A DNA stretch of 64,000 bases. It comes from an uncultured Planctomycetaceae bacterium. GTDB lineage: Bacteria > Planctomycetota > Planctomycetia > Isosphaerales > Isosphaeraceae. A program made the position numbers and the translations under genes. The stretch covers positions 2,304,001-2,368,000 of the forward strand of contig CAWIAD010000002.1 in NCBI GenBank assembly GCA_963833985.1. The letters run 5' to 3'. Below are positions 11,501 through 23,389 of the stretch, piece after piece; position 1 is the stretch's first letter, and each line of letters opens with the position of its first letter. A model generated the notes under the pieces. That model was not told where the DNA came from and made no database searches. It was given only the letters and a program-made list of their open reading frames with translations.

Positions 11501-11885
11501 CGCCGCCTCGGCCGCGAAGGTCCTCCGGGCGGGCGGCCACGTCTGCATCGGCAGCCACGGCGAGATGCAGGGGATCGGCTACCACTGGGAGTTATGGTCG
11601 CTGGCCAGCGGCGGTTTGACCCCGATGGAGGCGCTCCGTGCCGCCACCGTGAACGGCGCAGAGGCCATCGGCTACGGGCAAGACCTGGGCAGCCTCGAGC
11701 CGGGCAAGCTCGCGGACCTGGTGGTGTTCCGGAAGAACCCCCTGGCCGACATCCACAACACCCGCGAGATCCGCTACGTGATGAAGAACGGCGAGCTCTT
11801 CGAGGGCGACACGCTCGACCGCGTCTGGCCCGACCGCAAGCCCCTGCCACCGCTCTGGTGGTGGGACACGAAGGTCAGTCGATGA
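8567..11885 (+). CDS. secreted amidohydrolase with N-terminal PD40/TolB-like beta-propeller repeats (frameshifts near 9076 and 10020)
   Basis: Signal peptide; repeated SPDG motifs (SLDVSPDGK, PRFSPDGK, PTWSPDGK); PGFVDTHAH metal motif; GSLEPGKLADLVV. Three ORF pieces join collinearly. Confidence 0.88.
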
Positions 11886-12079
11886 GGCTCGATCGCTCCA
11901 CGAATGGGCCCAACTGGCATCCTTCGAATTCTCTCGGAGTCAAGGCGCAGCCTCCTTCGGATCGCCGTACGCGATCAGAAAAGTCCGGGGCTGCCCTCGG
12001 GGAAGTTTGATTCTTCCTGAGACGGATTGAGGCCAATGTGCGCCATGAGGGATAACTTCTTACCGGAGGGTTTCCGTCC

Positions 12080-15000
12080 ATGGCCATCGACAACGCCAGA
12101 GTCAAGGCTCTCTTTCAGTCCGCCGTCGAGATCACCGATCCGGCCGAGCGCCAGGCGTTTCTCGAGCGAGAAGCCGGACAAGACAGGGAACTCCGCGATC
12201 GGCTCAACGCCCTGATGGCCGCGTACGATGCCCCTCCGCCGTTTCTCGACCAGCCGCTCGGTGCCCCAGCCGACCTTGATCCCTCCGCGACCAGCACGTC
12301 TCGCGGCGACGAGACCGAAGCGACCGACCGCCCTGAGGACGACAAAGGTCTCGTCGACACCGTCATCGCCGACCGCTACAAGCTCCGCCAGGAGATCGGC
12401 GAGGGCGGGATGGGCACCGTCTTCCTTGCCGAGCAGCTCAGGCCAGTGCGCCGCATGGTCGCACTGAAGCTCATCAAGCGCGGGATGGATACCCGGCAGG
12501 TCCTGGCCCGCTTCGAGTCCGAGCGCCAGGCCCTGGCCTTGATGGAACACCCCAACATCGCCCGCGTGCTCGACGCGGGCACGACGGCCGACGGCCGGCC
12601 CTTCTTCGTGATGGAGCTGGTGAAGGGGATCCCGATCACGCAGTATTGCGACCTGCATCGCCTCGACCTGACCGCCCGGCTGAACCTGTTTCGCCAGGTC
12701 TGCCAGGCCGTCCAGCACGCCCACCAGAAAGGGATCATCCACCGCGACCTGAAGCCCTCGAACATCCTGGTCGAGGCCCACGACGACAGGCCGGTGCCCA
12801 AGATCATCGACTTCGGCCTGGCCAAGGCCACCAGCGGAACTCGGCTCACCGAGCAATCACTGTTCACGGCGTTTGGCAGCGTGGCCGGGACGCCGCTGTA
12901 CATGGCCCCCGAGCAGGCGAACTGGAGCGCGCTCGATATCGACACGCGGGCCGATATTTACGCTCTGGGCGTGATCCTCTTCGAGCTCTTGACCGGCTCG
13001 ACGCCGATCGCCCGCGAGTCGATCCAGCGCGCGGCGGTGGACGAGATGCTGCGGATGATCCGCGAGTTCGAGCCGCCCACGCCGTCGAGCCGGATCAGTA
13101 TCTCGGGGTCGCTTGCGAGCCTGGCAGCCACGCGGCAGGTCGATCCGGCGCGGCTCTCCCGGCTGGTACGCGGCGAGCTCGACTGGATCGTGATGAAGGC
13201 GCTGGCCAAGGAGCGCGAGCGGCGCTACGCCACGGCGGTGAGCCTTGCCGAAGATATCGAAAAGCATCTCAACCACGAGCCGGTCACCGCCGGCCCGCCG
13301 ACGGCCGGGTATCGGATGAGGAAGTTCGTCCGTCGCAACCGCGTGCAGGTGGCCGCGGCCGGGCTGCTGCTGCTGGCCCTGATGCTGGGCGTGGTGGGCA
13401 CGACGATCGGGCTGGTAATGGCCCGGCGTTCCGCGCTGGCCGAGCAGGCCGCCAAGAACGAGGCAATTCAACAGAAGGTCCGGGCCGAGGAGGCGGCCAC
13501 AGCCGAGCAGCAGGCGAAGGAGCTGGCGGTGAGCCGGCAGCAGGAGGCCGAGCGGAACCTGGCCTTCGCCCGGAAAGGGAACGAGATCTTAGGCTCGATC
13601 TTCGCCGGTCTGGACCCCAGGAGGATCGCTGAGTCGGGCCGGCCGCTCCAGGACGTGCTACGGGAGAACCTGGTCAAGGCCGTGAAGGAGGTGGAAGGCT
13701 CGGCCATCGGAGATCCGCTGGAAGTGGCAACGATGCAGAGCACGCTGGGTCAGTCGCTACTGGGCCTCGGGGAGTACCGGTCGGCGGTCGAGGTTTTCGG
13801 CAAGGCGCTGGGCACTCGCAAGGCGAGGCTCGGGCCCGACCACCCCGAGACGCTCATGAGCATGATGAGCGTCGCCAGCAGCTATCTTTATGCCGGCCAG
13901 CTCGACCGGGCATTGAAGCTCTACGAGGAGACGCTGACGCTTCAGAAGGCAAAGCTCGGTCCCGACCACCCCCAGACGCTCAGGACCATGAATAACCTCG
14001 CCAGCACCTGTCTCCGTGCCGGTCAGCTCGACCGGGCGCTGAAGCTCTACGAGGAAACGCTGACGCTGCGGCGGTCGAAACTGGGCCCCGACCACCCTGA
14101 GACCATCGGGAGCATGCTCAACCTCGCCAGCAGCTATCTCCGTGCCGGCCAGGTCGACCGGGCGCTGAAGCTCTACGAGGAGGGCCTGGCGCTGATGAAA
14201 ACGAAACTCGGTCCCGACCACCCCAGGACACTGGGGTCCATGAGCAACCTCGCCGTCAGCTATGCCCAGGCCGGCCAGAACGACCAGGCACTGAAGCTCT
14301 TCATGGAGACCCTGACGCTTCAGCAGGCGAAGCTCGGTCCCGACCACCCTGAGACGCTCAGGACCATGAGCAACCTCGCGAACAGCTATGCCCAGGCCGG
14401 TCGGTTCGACCGCGCGCTGAAGCTTCGCGAGGAGACCCTGACGCTTCAGCAGGCGAAGCTTGGTCCTGACCACCCCGAGACGCTCAGTACCATGAGCAAC
14501 CTCGCGAACAGCTATGCCCAGGCCGGCCAGGTCGAGCGTGCCGTCGAGCCTCGCCGCGCAGGCCGTCGCACTGGCGAAGTCGAAGCTGGGCCCCGACCAC
14601 CCCCAGACGCTCGATTAGCTGAACACGCAGGCGCATTGCCTGGCGAGTTCCGGGCAACTCGACCGGGCCGCGGCGCTCTGCGACGAGGTGATTGCGGCGC
14701 GGCGAAAGGTCAAGGGTGACGGACACCCCGACACACTCTCCACGCGGGCGTCTCGCGCCGAGCTCGACCTGGTCCGGGGCCGGCTCGATGCCGCCCTTGC
14801 GGCCGAACAGAGCCTCCTCGACGACTGCCGGAGGTACCGCGGGGTCGACGATCCGGTCACGATCGCCGCGGAGCTGGACCTGGCCCGGGTGCTGGAGGCC
14901 AAGGGCAACCGCGAAGCGGCGACACCCCTGTACCACGCCGCCCTCGAGTCCGCCCGCAAGAACCCGAGCGACCGCGAGACCTTGGCCGCGGCCCTGACCG

Positions 15001-15380
15001 ATTCGGGCCGGTCGCGACTGGCTGCGAGAGACTGGACCGGTGCCGAGGCCATGCTCCGCGAGGCGCTGGCGATCCGCGAGGTCGACAAGCCGCAGCACTG
15101 GCAGACGGCCGAGGTCCGCTCGCTCCTGGGAGGGGCCCTGCTGGCGCAAAAGAAGCCCGCTGAGGCGGCGCCTTTGCTGCGGGCCGGCTACGAAGGCATG
15201 GCCCGGTCGGCCCCCGCGATCCCCGTGGTCGATCGTCCCCGGCTTGCCGAGGCGCTGGACCGCCTGATCGCGCTGGGCGAGGCGACCGGCAAGTCCGACG
15301 AGGTCAAGGCCTGGAAGGCTGAGCGGGCGAAGCTGGAAGAGAAGAAGGCTGCCCCGCAGCCAGGAAGCGTAAAGCAGTGA
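12080..15380 (+). CDS. Hanks-type Ser/Thr kinase with TM segment and TPR repeats (frameshift near 14545, in-frame TAG at 14616-14618)
   Basis: IGEGGMGTV, VALKLIK, HRDLKPSN, IDFGLAK, GTPLYMAPEQ; hydrophobic segment; LGPDHPETL-type TPRs; the C-terminal part lies in ORF 14688..15380. Confidence 0.9.
13825..14625 (+). repeat. 126-bp (42-aa) tandem TPR coding repeats
   Basis: ggxccxgaccaccc recurs every 126 nt (about 13832, 13958, 14084, 14210, 14336, 14462, 14587). Confidence 0.85.
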
Positions 15381-15889
15381 GCGCGGCCCCGCCCGAGGAC
15401 GGCTTCTTTCCCGTCGTGTACGACGAGCTCAAGCGGCTCGCCGCGGCCCGGCTGAAGCACGAGCGGGACGGGCACTCGCTGGACGCCACGGCGCTCGTGC
15501 ACGAGGCGTACATTCGTCTGGGCGACGCTGCCTTCGCGGAACGCAGCGTGTTCTTCCGGGCCGCGGCTGCGGCCATGCAGCGCATCCTGGTCGACCACGC
15601 CCGTCGTCGAAAGGCCATCAAGCGCGGTCGTGGGGCCAGGACCGTCGCGCTCGACGAGCTAGGCACGGCCAACAACCACGATCGTGATCTGCTGCTCGAT
15701 GTCGACGCGGCCCTGGCGCGGCTGACGAGAGAAGATCCGTCTTCCGCCGAGGTGGCGCGGTGCCGTCTTTTCGCCGGTCTGTCCATCGACGAGGCCGCGG
15801 AAGCGCTGGGCATCTCTCGCGCGACGGCCTTCCGCGAGTGGGCTTACGCCCGGTCGTGGCTGGCCACGGCCCTGGCGACCGAACGGTGA
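15377..15889 (+). CDS. ECF sigma factor, TALVHEAY type (TIGR02999/ECF43-like)
   Basis: VVYDELKRLAAARL, SLDATALVHEAYIRL, AMQRILVDHARRR, GLSIDEAAEALGIS; GTGA overlap with the kinase stop. Confidence 0.92.
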   Translation: MSAAPPEDGFFPVVYDELKRLAAARLKHERDGHSLDATALVHEAYIRLGDAAFAERSVFFRAAAAAMQRILVDHARRRKAIKRGRGARTVALDELGTANNHDRDLLLDVDAALARLTREDPSSAEVARCRLFAGLSIDEAAEALGISRATAFREWAYARSWLATALATER

Positions 15890-15936
15890 ACTGGTGGGGT
15901 GATACGCAAACAGTTCCCGCGTCTCAGCTCGCGATT

Positions 15937-16056
15937 GCTCGTTACCACGCTCTGCGTGGCAATGCGGTCCTGGAAGCTCCGGCGTTCCTGAGTGAGGTCA
16001 AGGGGAGGACGCAGAGCGTGAGTTCCGGGGCTCCCACGGTCGTTCGTGGGAGCCAG
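15937..16056. repeat. REP/MITE-like palindromic element between convergent genes
   Basis: ctcgttaccacgctctgcgtggcaatg ... gacgcagagcgtg ... ctcccacggtcgttcgtgggagccag: two ccacg-Nx-cgtgg hairpins, and cacgctctgcgt recurs in inverted orientation. Confidence 0.6.
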
Positions 16057-16116
16057 TTCCGGGGAGTCTCAAAATGATGGACCATGCATGGCGCGGAGTT
16101 CTGGAATGAGTGCCAG

Positions 16117-16827
16117 TCAGGCGTCGACCGCGGCAATGGCACCCTCGCGGACGCGGAAATGCGGGGCGGGGATGCTGGGAATCGATTCCGGAACGATCCC
16201 CTCACTCAGCAGAAAGGGCGCGAACCCGCGGAAGACCCGCTGGGCAATCGCCTGAAGCCCGGCGCGGGTCATTAGCTCCCGGAACCGGCGCGAGGATGCG
16301 TGGTGAACATCTCCTTCGCGTAAGCTGACGCAAACATCGTAGATGAACCAGCCCCAGGGAGCGTCGCGGTAACCGTCGATCAGCAGCAGCCGCCCGCCGG
16401 GACGCAGCACCCGGTGCATCTCGGTCACGGCCCGGGCCTGGTTGGGATAATGATGGAAGCTGTTGGCGCAGGTGACGAAGTCGAAGGTGCCCGAAGCAAA
16501 CGGCAGGCGCTCGCTATCACCCTGAAGGGGGAACACCTCGCCCGCATGATACTGCCAGCGGCGACGGCCGTGCGCCAGCATCTCCGGGACCAGGTCCACT
16601 CCACAAATGCGCGCCTTCGGCAGTGCCGCCTTGACCCGGGCCGCGAACTGGCCGGTCCCGCACCCCACATCAAGCAGATGGAATGGCTGGCTGCCGGCCA
16701 CCGCGGCGATCCGCCGGATCAAGACCCGGTGGGATGGGCCAAAAAGCAGCCACTGGAGCACGCTGCGATCATAACTCTCACTCCAGCGCACGAATTCCGC
16801 GGCCGCCTGGTTCTTGTCGTATCTCAT
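16117..16827 (-). CDS. class I SAM-dependent methyltransferase (UbiE-like)
   Basis: LLDVGCGTG, GDSERLPF, FDFVTCANSFHHY, RVLRPGG. Confidence 0.9.
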   Translation of the reverse strand: MRYDKNQAAAEFVRWSESYDRSVLQWLLFGPSHRVLIRRIAAVAGSQPFHLLDVGCGTGQFAARVKAALPKARICGVDLVPEMLAHGRRRWQYHAGEVFPLQGDSERLPFASGTFDFVTCANSFHHYPNQARAVTEMHRVLRPGGRLLLIDGYRDAPWGWFIYDVCVSLREGDVHHASSRRFRELMTRAGLQAIAQRVFRGFAPFLLSEGIVPESIPSIPAPHFRVREGAIAAVDA

Positions 16828-16976
16828 CGCTGCCTCCTTGCCTTGCCTTGCGTGGCGCTCCGGTCGCAAGTACGGTCCGTCGCTGATCGCTCTTGTACCC
16901 CAAGCATGCAAAACCGGCAACCCGGATCGGCGCGGCCCGCCGGCATCCGCGAATCGCCCGAACCCCTGGCGATTTC

Positions 16977-17005
16977 TTGAATTGCGAAGGCGGGTGCGCT
17001 ACAAT
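16977..17005 (+). promoter_or_regulatory. putative sigma70 promoter of iscS
   Basis: TTGAAT-N17-TACAAT about 65 nt upstream of the GTG start. Confidence 0.55.
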
Positions 17006-17069
17006 GAAGGAACCGCAGTTGCGCTGGTCACCCGGGGAATGCGACTGCCACGGCACCTGGAACGTTCGC

Positions 17070-18261
17070 GTGCTCAAGCTACCAATCTACCTCGACAATC
17101 ACGCCACCACTCGGACGGATCCCCGGGTCGTCGAGGCCATGCTCCCCTACTTCACCGAGATCTACGGCAATGCCGCGAGCGTCTCGCATCGTTTTGGCTG
17201 GGACGCCGCCGAGGCTGTGGAACGGGCCCGCGAGCAGGTCGCCGGCGCGATTGGAGCCGACGCCAAGGAGATCCTCTTCACCTCGGGAGCGACCGAGGCC
17301 GACAACCTTGCAATCAAGGGCGCCGCGGAGGCCCTGCGCCGCAAGGGCCGCCACCTGGTGACCTCGGCGATCGAGCACAAGGCGGTGCTCGACACGATGA
17401 AGCGGCTGGGGCGCGAGGGGTGTGACATCTCGGTGGTTCCCTGCGACGAGACTGGCACGGTTTCCGTTGCGGCGCTGGCAGAGGCACTCACGGAACAGAC
17501 TGTTCTGGTCTCGGTGATGGCGGCCAACAACGAGGTTGGCACCCTCAACCCGATCCGGGAGATCGGCCGGCTCTGTCACGACCGCGGCATCCTTTTCCAT
17601 ACCGACGCGACCCAGGCCGTGGGCAAGGTTCCGCTGCATGTTCACGACGATCACGTCGACCTGCTCAGTCTTTCCGGCCACAAGTTCTACGGGCCCAAGG
17701 GAGCTGGCGCACTCTACGTCGCGCCGGCGGAGCCCCCAGGTACGGCTGGTTCCGCAGCTTGACGGCGGTGGTCACGAACGCGGCCTGCGCAGTGGGACGC
17801 CGGCCGTTCCGCTCATCGTCGGCCTCGGTGCAGCCGCCGAGTTGGCCATGCGGGAGTTGCCCGAGGAATCTCGACGCCTGCTTGAACTGCGCGACCTGCT
17901 GCACGCGACCATCACCGAACAGGTCACCGACGTGGTTCTCAACGGACATCCGACGCAACGGTTGCCGGGAAACCTCAACCTGAGCTTTGGTTACGTGGAC
18001 GGTGAAGCCCTGATGATGTCCATGCGCGATGTCGCGGTGAGCTCCGGGGCCGCCTGCACGGCGGCCAATCCCGAGCCCAGCCATGTTCTCCTCGCCATGG
18101 GAAGAAGCGAGGAGATGGCCCGCGCCAGCCTGCGGTTCGGCCTGGGGAGGTTCACGACGGCCGAGGAGATCCAGTTCGCAGCCCGCGCCGTGGCTGAGGC
18201 GGTGGAGCGGCTGCGGAAATACAGCGCCGCGTGGCCAGGCGGACGCGGTCCCCGAGATTAG
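17070..18261 (+). CDS. iscS: cysteine desulfurase (frameshift near 17722)
   Basis: [39 protein letters not shown]; second frame [29 protein letters not shown]. Confidence 0.92.
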
Positions 18262-18370
18262 GTCCGGACCTGGGGAGCATTTGACTGGCCTCTATGATAA
18301 GGTAACGGGAACGCCTTGCGTTCGAGCTCTTTTCGTATCTCGTGATCGAACCTGGACAGGAGACGATTCG

Positions 18371-18700
18371 ATGAGTGTGACGCTGACCGAAAAGGCCGCT
18401 GGCGAGGTCAAGAAAATCATGACCGAGCAAAACCTCCCCGAAGACGCGGTGCTCCGCGTCGGTGTGCAGGGGGGCGGGTGTAGCGGCTTTGCCTATAGCC
18501 TGAATTTTGACACGAGCACCAGCGAGCGCGATCGCGTGGTGGATGTGCATGGCGTGAAGCTCGCCGTGGATAAGAAGTTCGATCCCTACCTCGACGGCAC
18601 CGTTGTCGATTTCTACGACGGCCTGGAGAAGCGGGGGTTCGTCTTCAACAACCCCAACGTCGTGAAGAGTTGCGGCTGCGGTTCCTCGTTCCAGGTCTGA
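18371..18700 (+). CDS. iscA: A-type Fe-S carrier (HesB/IscA/ErpA family)
   Basis: [15 protein letters not shown] and [16 protein letters not shown]; directly after iscS. Confidence 0.9.
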   Translation: MSVTLTEKAAGEVKKIMTEQNLPEDAVLRVGVQGGGCSGFAYSLNFDTSTSERDRVVDVHGVKLAVDKKFDPYLDGTVVDFYDGLEKRGFVFNNPNVVKSCGCGSSFQV

Positions 18701-18758
18701 TCGGCTCATCCGGAGGATGGTGAACGGCCGCCATCGAGGCGCTCGACTGGGCTGCCGC

Positions 18759-19742
18759 TCACCACCGCCAGCCGTCGCGAATTTCCGGGTTCACCACGCA
18801 AGAGGCTGGCCAGCGGTTGTGATAAAGGTCAACCACGGTCTGCGCGGCCATTTCCGCCATGTCGCTCATCGATCGAAGGTCCGTGCCGGCGATATGCGGA
18901 CTGAAGATCACGTTCGGCAAACCGAGCAGCGGGTTGCCCGGCTCGGGCGGCTCCTGGTTGAGCACGTCCAGTCCCGCACCCGCGAGGTGTCCGGAAAGCA
19001 GGCTGTCGCGGAGGTCTGCCTCGACGACCAGCCCCCCGCGCGCCGTGTTGATGAGCAAACTGCCTGGCCGTATCAGCCCGAGGAACTTGCAGTCCACCAT
19101 GCCCCGGGTGTCGGTGGTCAAAGGTGCATGCAGGCTGACGACATCGCTCATCGCCAGCAGCTCGTCAAGAGTTACGAGTCGAACCTGTCCCCGTTCAACG
19201 GTGTGTTGATCCACGTGCGGATCACAGGCCACCACGCTCATGCCGAACGCCCGGGCTCGCGCGGCCATGGCTTGCCCGATTCGTCCGAGTCCCACCAGTC
19301 CCAGAGTCTTGCCTCGCACGGGTGAAACCAACCTGCGGTCCCACCCGCCGGCCTGGATCGCCCGGTCGTTCGACACGATGTTTCGCAGCAGGGCAAGCAT
19401 CAGGGCGAAGGCCTGTTCCGCAACACTGTCGTGATTCGTCCCCGGTGTGATCGTCACGACGATCCGACGTTCCGAAGCCGCTGGGACATCCACCAGGTCG
19501 TAGCCCACGCCTGTTCGGGCAATGACCCGTAGGAACGGTGCTCGATCGAAGAGCTCCGCTGTGAGGCGCTCGCCACCGGCAAGCATGGCGTCGGCGCGGG
19601 GCAGGTGGCGCTCCAGTTGCGCTTCCGTCAGGGCCAGATCGCCCTCCGGGTCGATCAGCTCGAAACCGGCTTCCAGCAGAATGTTACGAAAGGGACCCGG
19701 CTGGTTGCGAAGCAGGTAGGGCCCGATCAGAATACGGGGCAT
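18759..19742 (-). CDS. D-isomer-specific 2-hydroxyacid dehydrogenase (phosphoglycerate dehydrogenase-like)
   Basis: ARTGVGYD, GLVGLGRIG, LINTARGGLV, GLDVLNQEP, SPHIAG. Confidence 0.92.
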   Translation of the reverse strand: MPRILIGPYLLRNQPGPFRNILLEAGFELIDPEGDLALTEAQLERHLPRADAMLAGGERLTAELFDRAPFLRVIARTGVGYDLVDVPAASERRIVVTITPGTNHDSVAEQAFALMLALLRNIVSNDRAIQAGGWDRRLVSPVRGKTLGLVGLGRIGQAMAARARAFGMSVVACDPHVDQHTVERGQVRLVTLDELLAMSDVVSLHAPLTTDTRGMVDCKFLGLIRPGSLLINTARGGLVVEADLRDSLLSGHLAGAGLDVLNQEPPEPGNPLLGLPNVIFSPHIAGTDLRSMSDMAEMAAQTVVDLYHNRWPASCVVNPEIRDGWRW

Positions 19743-20087
19743 GATGGTGCTCTGGCTCGCGAAGCGGGACCGGTTTGGGAGGCTGCTCGGGCATCGTCCA
19801 CCGTGCGGCGACTGGGCGATTCCAGCGGATTCGTCGGCTCTATGGTCAGAAGGTCGTGTGAACGCTATTCTAGATTACTGTGTCCGGACAGGATTTGCGA
19901 GCACGCGGCGAGCCGGGCGTTTCGACGCCCTGACGCGCTGCGGAAAAGTCGATTGAGCCGGGTCGGTGACCCTGCCCGCCCGGCTGTGCAGCGGTCGGGA
20001 TGGCGTGCTTCCAGCGATCCGGCTCGTTTGTCGTAAAACCAGGATGGTACTGATCGGGGACCGGCGGTCCGGGATGGAATAATCGGC

Positions 20088-21577
20088 ATGGGGGTTCTCA
20101 AGTTTCTCTTACCCTCGACCGACCTGGCCCGTCGGCTGCCGGGTCTCCGCAAGGCTTATATGACCGGCCTGGATCGGACTCCCGGACGTCTCAGCGTCGA
20201 GTTCCGCAACGGACTGATGGCCTGCTTTCGTGAGACCAGCGAGAGCGGGCGGTTGTTCACTCCCTGGCCGATCGCCGGCTATGGCACGCCCATCGTCGGA
20301 ACGGCCACGCTGGCGGAGCGGCCGTCGCCCTACACGCTCGCCCTGGAGCTGGCGCCGGTAAGCTCAACGACATCCGGAACCAGACCGCTGACTGGGTCCA
20401 GATGGGCTTGCGGCCGGCACCGGAACTCTCCGAAATGATGGCCCAGGCGCGGCACGGCCTGATCCAGGCCGCCATGTCCACGGAGAATCAGGATCGTTGC
20501 CTGGCTGCGGCTCAGACAAGCCTTGAAGCGTCCAGTCGTGCCGGTGATATGCTGACAGAGGCATACGTCACGCAGATCCTTCAAAACAGGCTGGCCATCG
20601 GTGGCAAGCTGACCACTCACCTGGGCTGCGCACTCTCCAGCGAGCCCGACAAGCTTCCCGCCGCAACGCAGTGGCCCTCGGCCTTCAATGCCGCGACGGT
20701 GGCCGTCTCGTGGCGGCAGATCGCTCCTTCGGAAGGAAAGTGCCGCTGGGACCTGCTGGACGCCCAGCTTGCCTTCTGTAAACGGAACAAGCTCGCAATC
20801 GAGGCCGGCCCCTTGATCGAATTCCGGCCCGCCGCATTGCCCGACTGGATCTGGCTCTGGGAGCGCGACCAGGAGACGATCAGCGGCTTTGCCACCGATT
20901 TCGTCCGCCAGGTCGTGGCCCGCTACCGCGGCAAGGTGCCACTCTGGCATGTCGTGGCCCGCCCCGCATCTCAGGAAATCCTTGGACTCTCGGAAGAAGA
21001 GCAGATCCGCATCACCGCCCGCGCGGTCCAGGCTGCGCGGCAGGCCGACCCGGGCGCACAGATCAGCATCATCATCGATCGGCCCTGGGCGGAATGGATG
21101 AGCTCCAGCCATTTCCAGCTCGGCCCCTTGCACCTCTGCGACTACCTGCTCCGCTCTGACCTGGGCATCTCCAGCATCGGGCTGGAGGTCGCGCCGGGCT
21201 TCACCGCCCCCGGTAGCCACCTCCGCGATCTCTTCGAATTCTCGCGCCTGCTCGACCTCTACTCGCTCCTGAATGTTCCCTTGCACCTGTTTCTGGCAAT
21301 GCCCTCGGCCACTGGCCCGGACCCGGCCGCCGACCCGGCCGTCCAGGTGGACGAGCCTCAGTGGCCCTCACCGCCTGACGAAACCGTTCAGGCCAACTGG
21401 GCCGCGCGCTGGCTTTCACTCGGGCTCGCCAAGCCCTTCGTCCGCTCGGTCACCTGGCACCACGCCGCAGACGATCACCCTCACCTCTACCCGCATGCCG
21501 GACTGTTCCGCCCCGACGGCACATCCAGGCCCGTTTTCAACTGGCTGCAATCGCTTCGCAGGGATCTCATTGCCTGA
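20088..21577 (+). CDS. GH10-like TIM-barrel protein (frameshift near 20353)
   Basis: FNAATVAVSWRQIAPSEGKCRWD, GPLI, LPDW, VVARYRGKVPLWHVV, AARQADPGAQ resemble the GH10 scaffold. Confidence 0.7.
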
Positions 21578-21724
21578 GCCTGGAGCCTCGCTGCCACGCA
21601 CCGGACCCGGCATGGAAGGCCGCAGACTTACGCCCTGGGAGTCACCATCTTGCAAGCTCGACCAAGGTCCAGGTCCCGTCTCCCAGGCATTGCGGCCGAC
21701 GCCTTGCGCTCGAACTGCCTCAGC

Positions 21725-22159
21725 GTGATCCCCTCCGGAATCCGGAAACTGTTCGGCCGCCTGCTCGGGAAGCCCGCCGTATCGGCGGATCAGCCGCTTG
21801 GAGACCGCGGAGAGGATGCGGCCGCCCGCTTTCTACGCCGCCGGGGGATGAAGATTCTCCATCATGGATACCGCACGCGTCACGGCGAGATCGACCTGGT
21901 CGCGCTCGAAAGAGATGTTGTCGTCTTCATCGAGGTCAAGGCGCGTCGCCAGGGTTCTCCCGCGGAAGCGGTCACACCCGAGAAGCAGCGACGCTTGACT
22001 CTTGCCGCGCTCCATTTTCTCACGAAGCACCGCCTGCTCGACGAGCGCAGCCGGTTCGATGTCGTGGCCATCGTCTGGCCCGAAGATCGCAAGCCCCCGC
22101 AGATCGAACACATCCGCGATGCGTTCGAGGCCGTTGGCCGCGGTCAGATGTTTCGCTGA
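21725..22159 (+). CDS. yraN: YraN family protein
   Basis: GDRGEDAAARFL, GEIDLVA, VFIEVKAR, AVTPEKQRRL, RFDVVAI. Confidence 0.9.
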   Translation: MIPSGIRKLFGRLLGKPAVSADQPLGDRGEDAAARFLRRRGMKILHHGYRTRHGEIDLVALERDVVVFIEVKARRQGSPAEAVTPEKQRRLTLAALHFLTKHRLLDERSRFDVVAIVWPEDRKPPQIEHIRDAFEAVGRGQMFR

Positions 22160-22163
22160 TGGC

Positions 22164-23152
22164 TCATGTCCGGGCTGCCTGGATGACCGCGTCGAGAACT
22201 TCCATCTGGGCCAGTGCCTCGGCTCCGGGTCCCGCAAGCGGGCCAGCCTGTATCTGCTCGTCGAACGCGTCCACCATTGCGGCGTACTGATCAACCCAGG
22301 CGAATTGCAGCGTTTCGATCGAGTCCTTTCCGGCGTCGGCGTCCGAATCGGAACCAACGATCCTCAGCCGGGCAACCGAATCGCGACCCTGAGGTGGCAG
22401 GTACGCATCCGGCACTTCCAGCACGCCGCGGTTTCCCACCAGCTCGTAGGTACAGCGATAGGGTTGCTCGAAGCTGCAATCGATGGCGGCGAGGACACCC
22501 GTGGGAAACTCCAGACTAGCAATCAAGGTCATGTCCACGCCCGTGGGGCCAAATCGTGCGCGCGCCCGGACGGCACATGGCTCGCAGCCGGCGAAATAGC
22601 GAGCCGTGCTCACGCCGTAACACCCGACGTCCCAGAGGGCGCCACCTCCTCGAGCCGGGTCCAGCCGCCAGTCTCCGGGGGAAATCGGGAACGAGAACGA
22701 AGCGCGGATGAGGCGTAAATCACCCACCTGTCCCGCGGCGACTCTGGCTCGCAACTGCTTTGTACGCGGCTGGTACCGCCACATGAAGGCCTCCATGAGC
22801 AGTACGCCTCGGGAGCGGCACTCCTCGATCAGGAACCGCGCCTCGGGCGCGTCCAGCGCCAGCGGTTTCTCGCACAGGACATGCTTCCCGGCCCTTGCCG
22901 CGGCGATCACCCAGGGCCCGTGCAATTCATTGGGCAGGGGGATGTAGACCGCGTCGATGTTGGGGTCGGCAAGCAGTGCCTCATAGCTTTCGGGGCATCT
23001 GGGAATCTGAAATTCGTCGCACCACGCCCGCGCCGTGGCCCGGTTGCGACTGGCCAGCGCGTCGAGCCGCCCTGTGCGTGAAGCCATGATCCCCGGAATC
23101 AGTCCGCGACGGCTGATCCGGCGCATCCCAGGATACCCCATCGTCGTTTCAT
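22164..23152 (-). CDS. Gfo/Idh/MocA oxidoreductase (frameshift near 23123)
   Basis: N-terminal RWGILGCA lies in one frame; the other has DAVYIPLPNELH, GKHVLCEKPLA, LMEAFMWRY, GGGALWDVGCY. Confidence 0.9.
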
Positions 23153-23227
23153 GCGGAGGCTTCTTTCCCGGTTCTGAGTCACGCTCGCTGCCTGCCAAGT
23201 GTGCGCTTCACCCCGTCCGGAAGCCAG

Positions 23228-23271
23228 AAAAAAACGCCGCCCGGGATCTGGAGGAGATCCGGGGCGGCGTT
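23228..23271 (-). terminator. intrinsic terminator of the rRNA operon
   Basis: GC-rich hairpin aacgccgccc..ggatct / agatcc..gggcggcgtt followed by a U7 tract on the minus strand, just after 5S. Confidence 0.85.
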
Positions 23272-23280
23272 GTGAAAAGA

Positions 23281-23389
23281 TTCCGGCGATCACCGACTTT
23301 CGCGCCTGAGCACTATCATGGGCCCGGCGGGCTTAACGGCCGTGTTCGGAATGGGAACGGGTGTGACCCCGCCGGTATGGTCGCCGGAA
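23281..23389 (-). rRNA. rrf: 5S rRNA
   Basis: Minus strand ttccggcgaccataccggcggggtcacacccgttcccattccgaacacggccgttaagccc...gtcggtgatcgccggaa; the termini pair. Confidence 0.95.
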
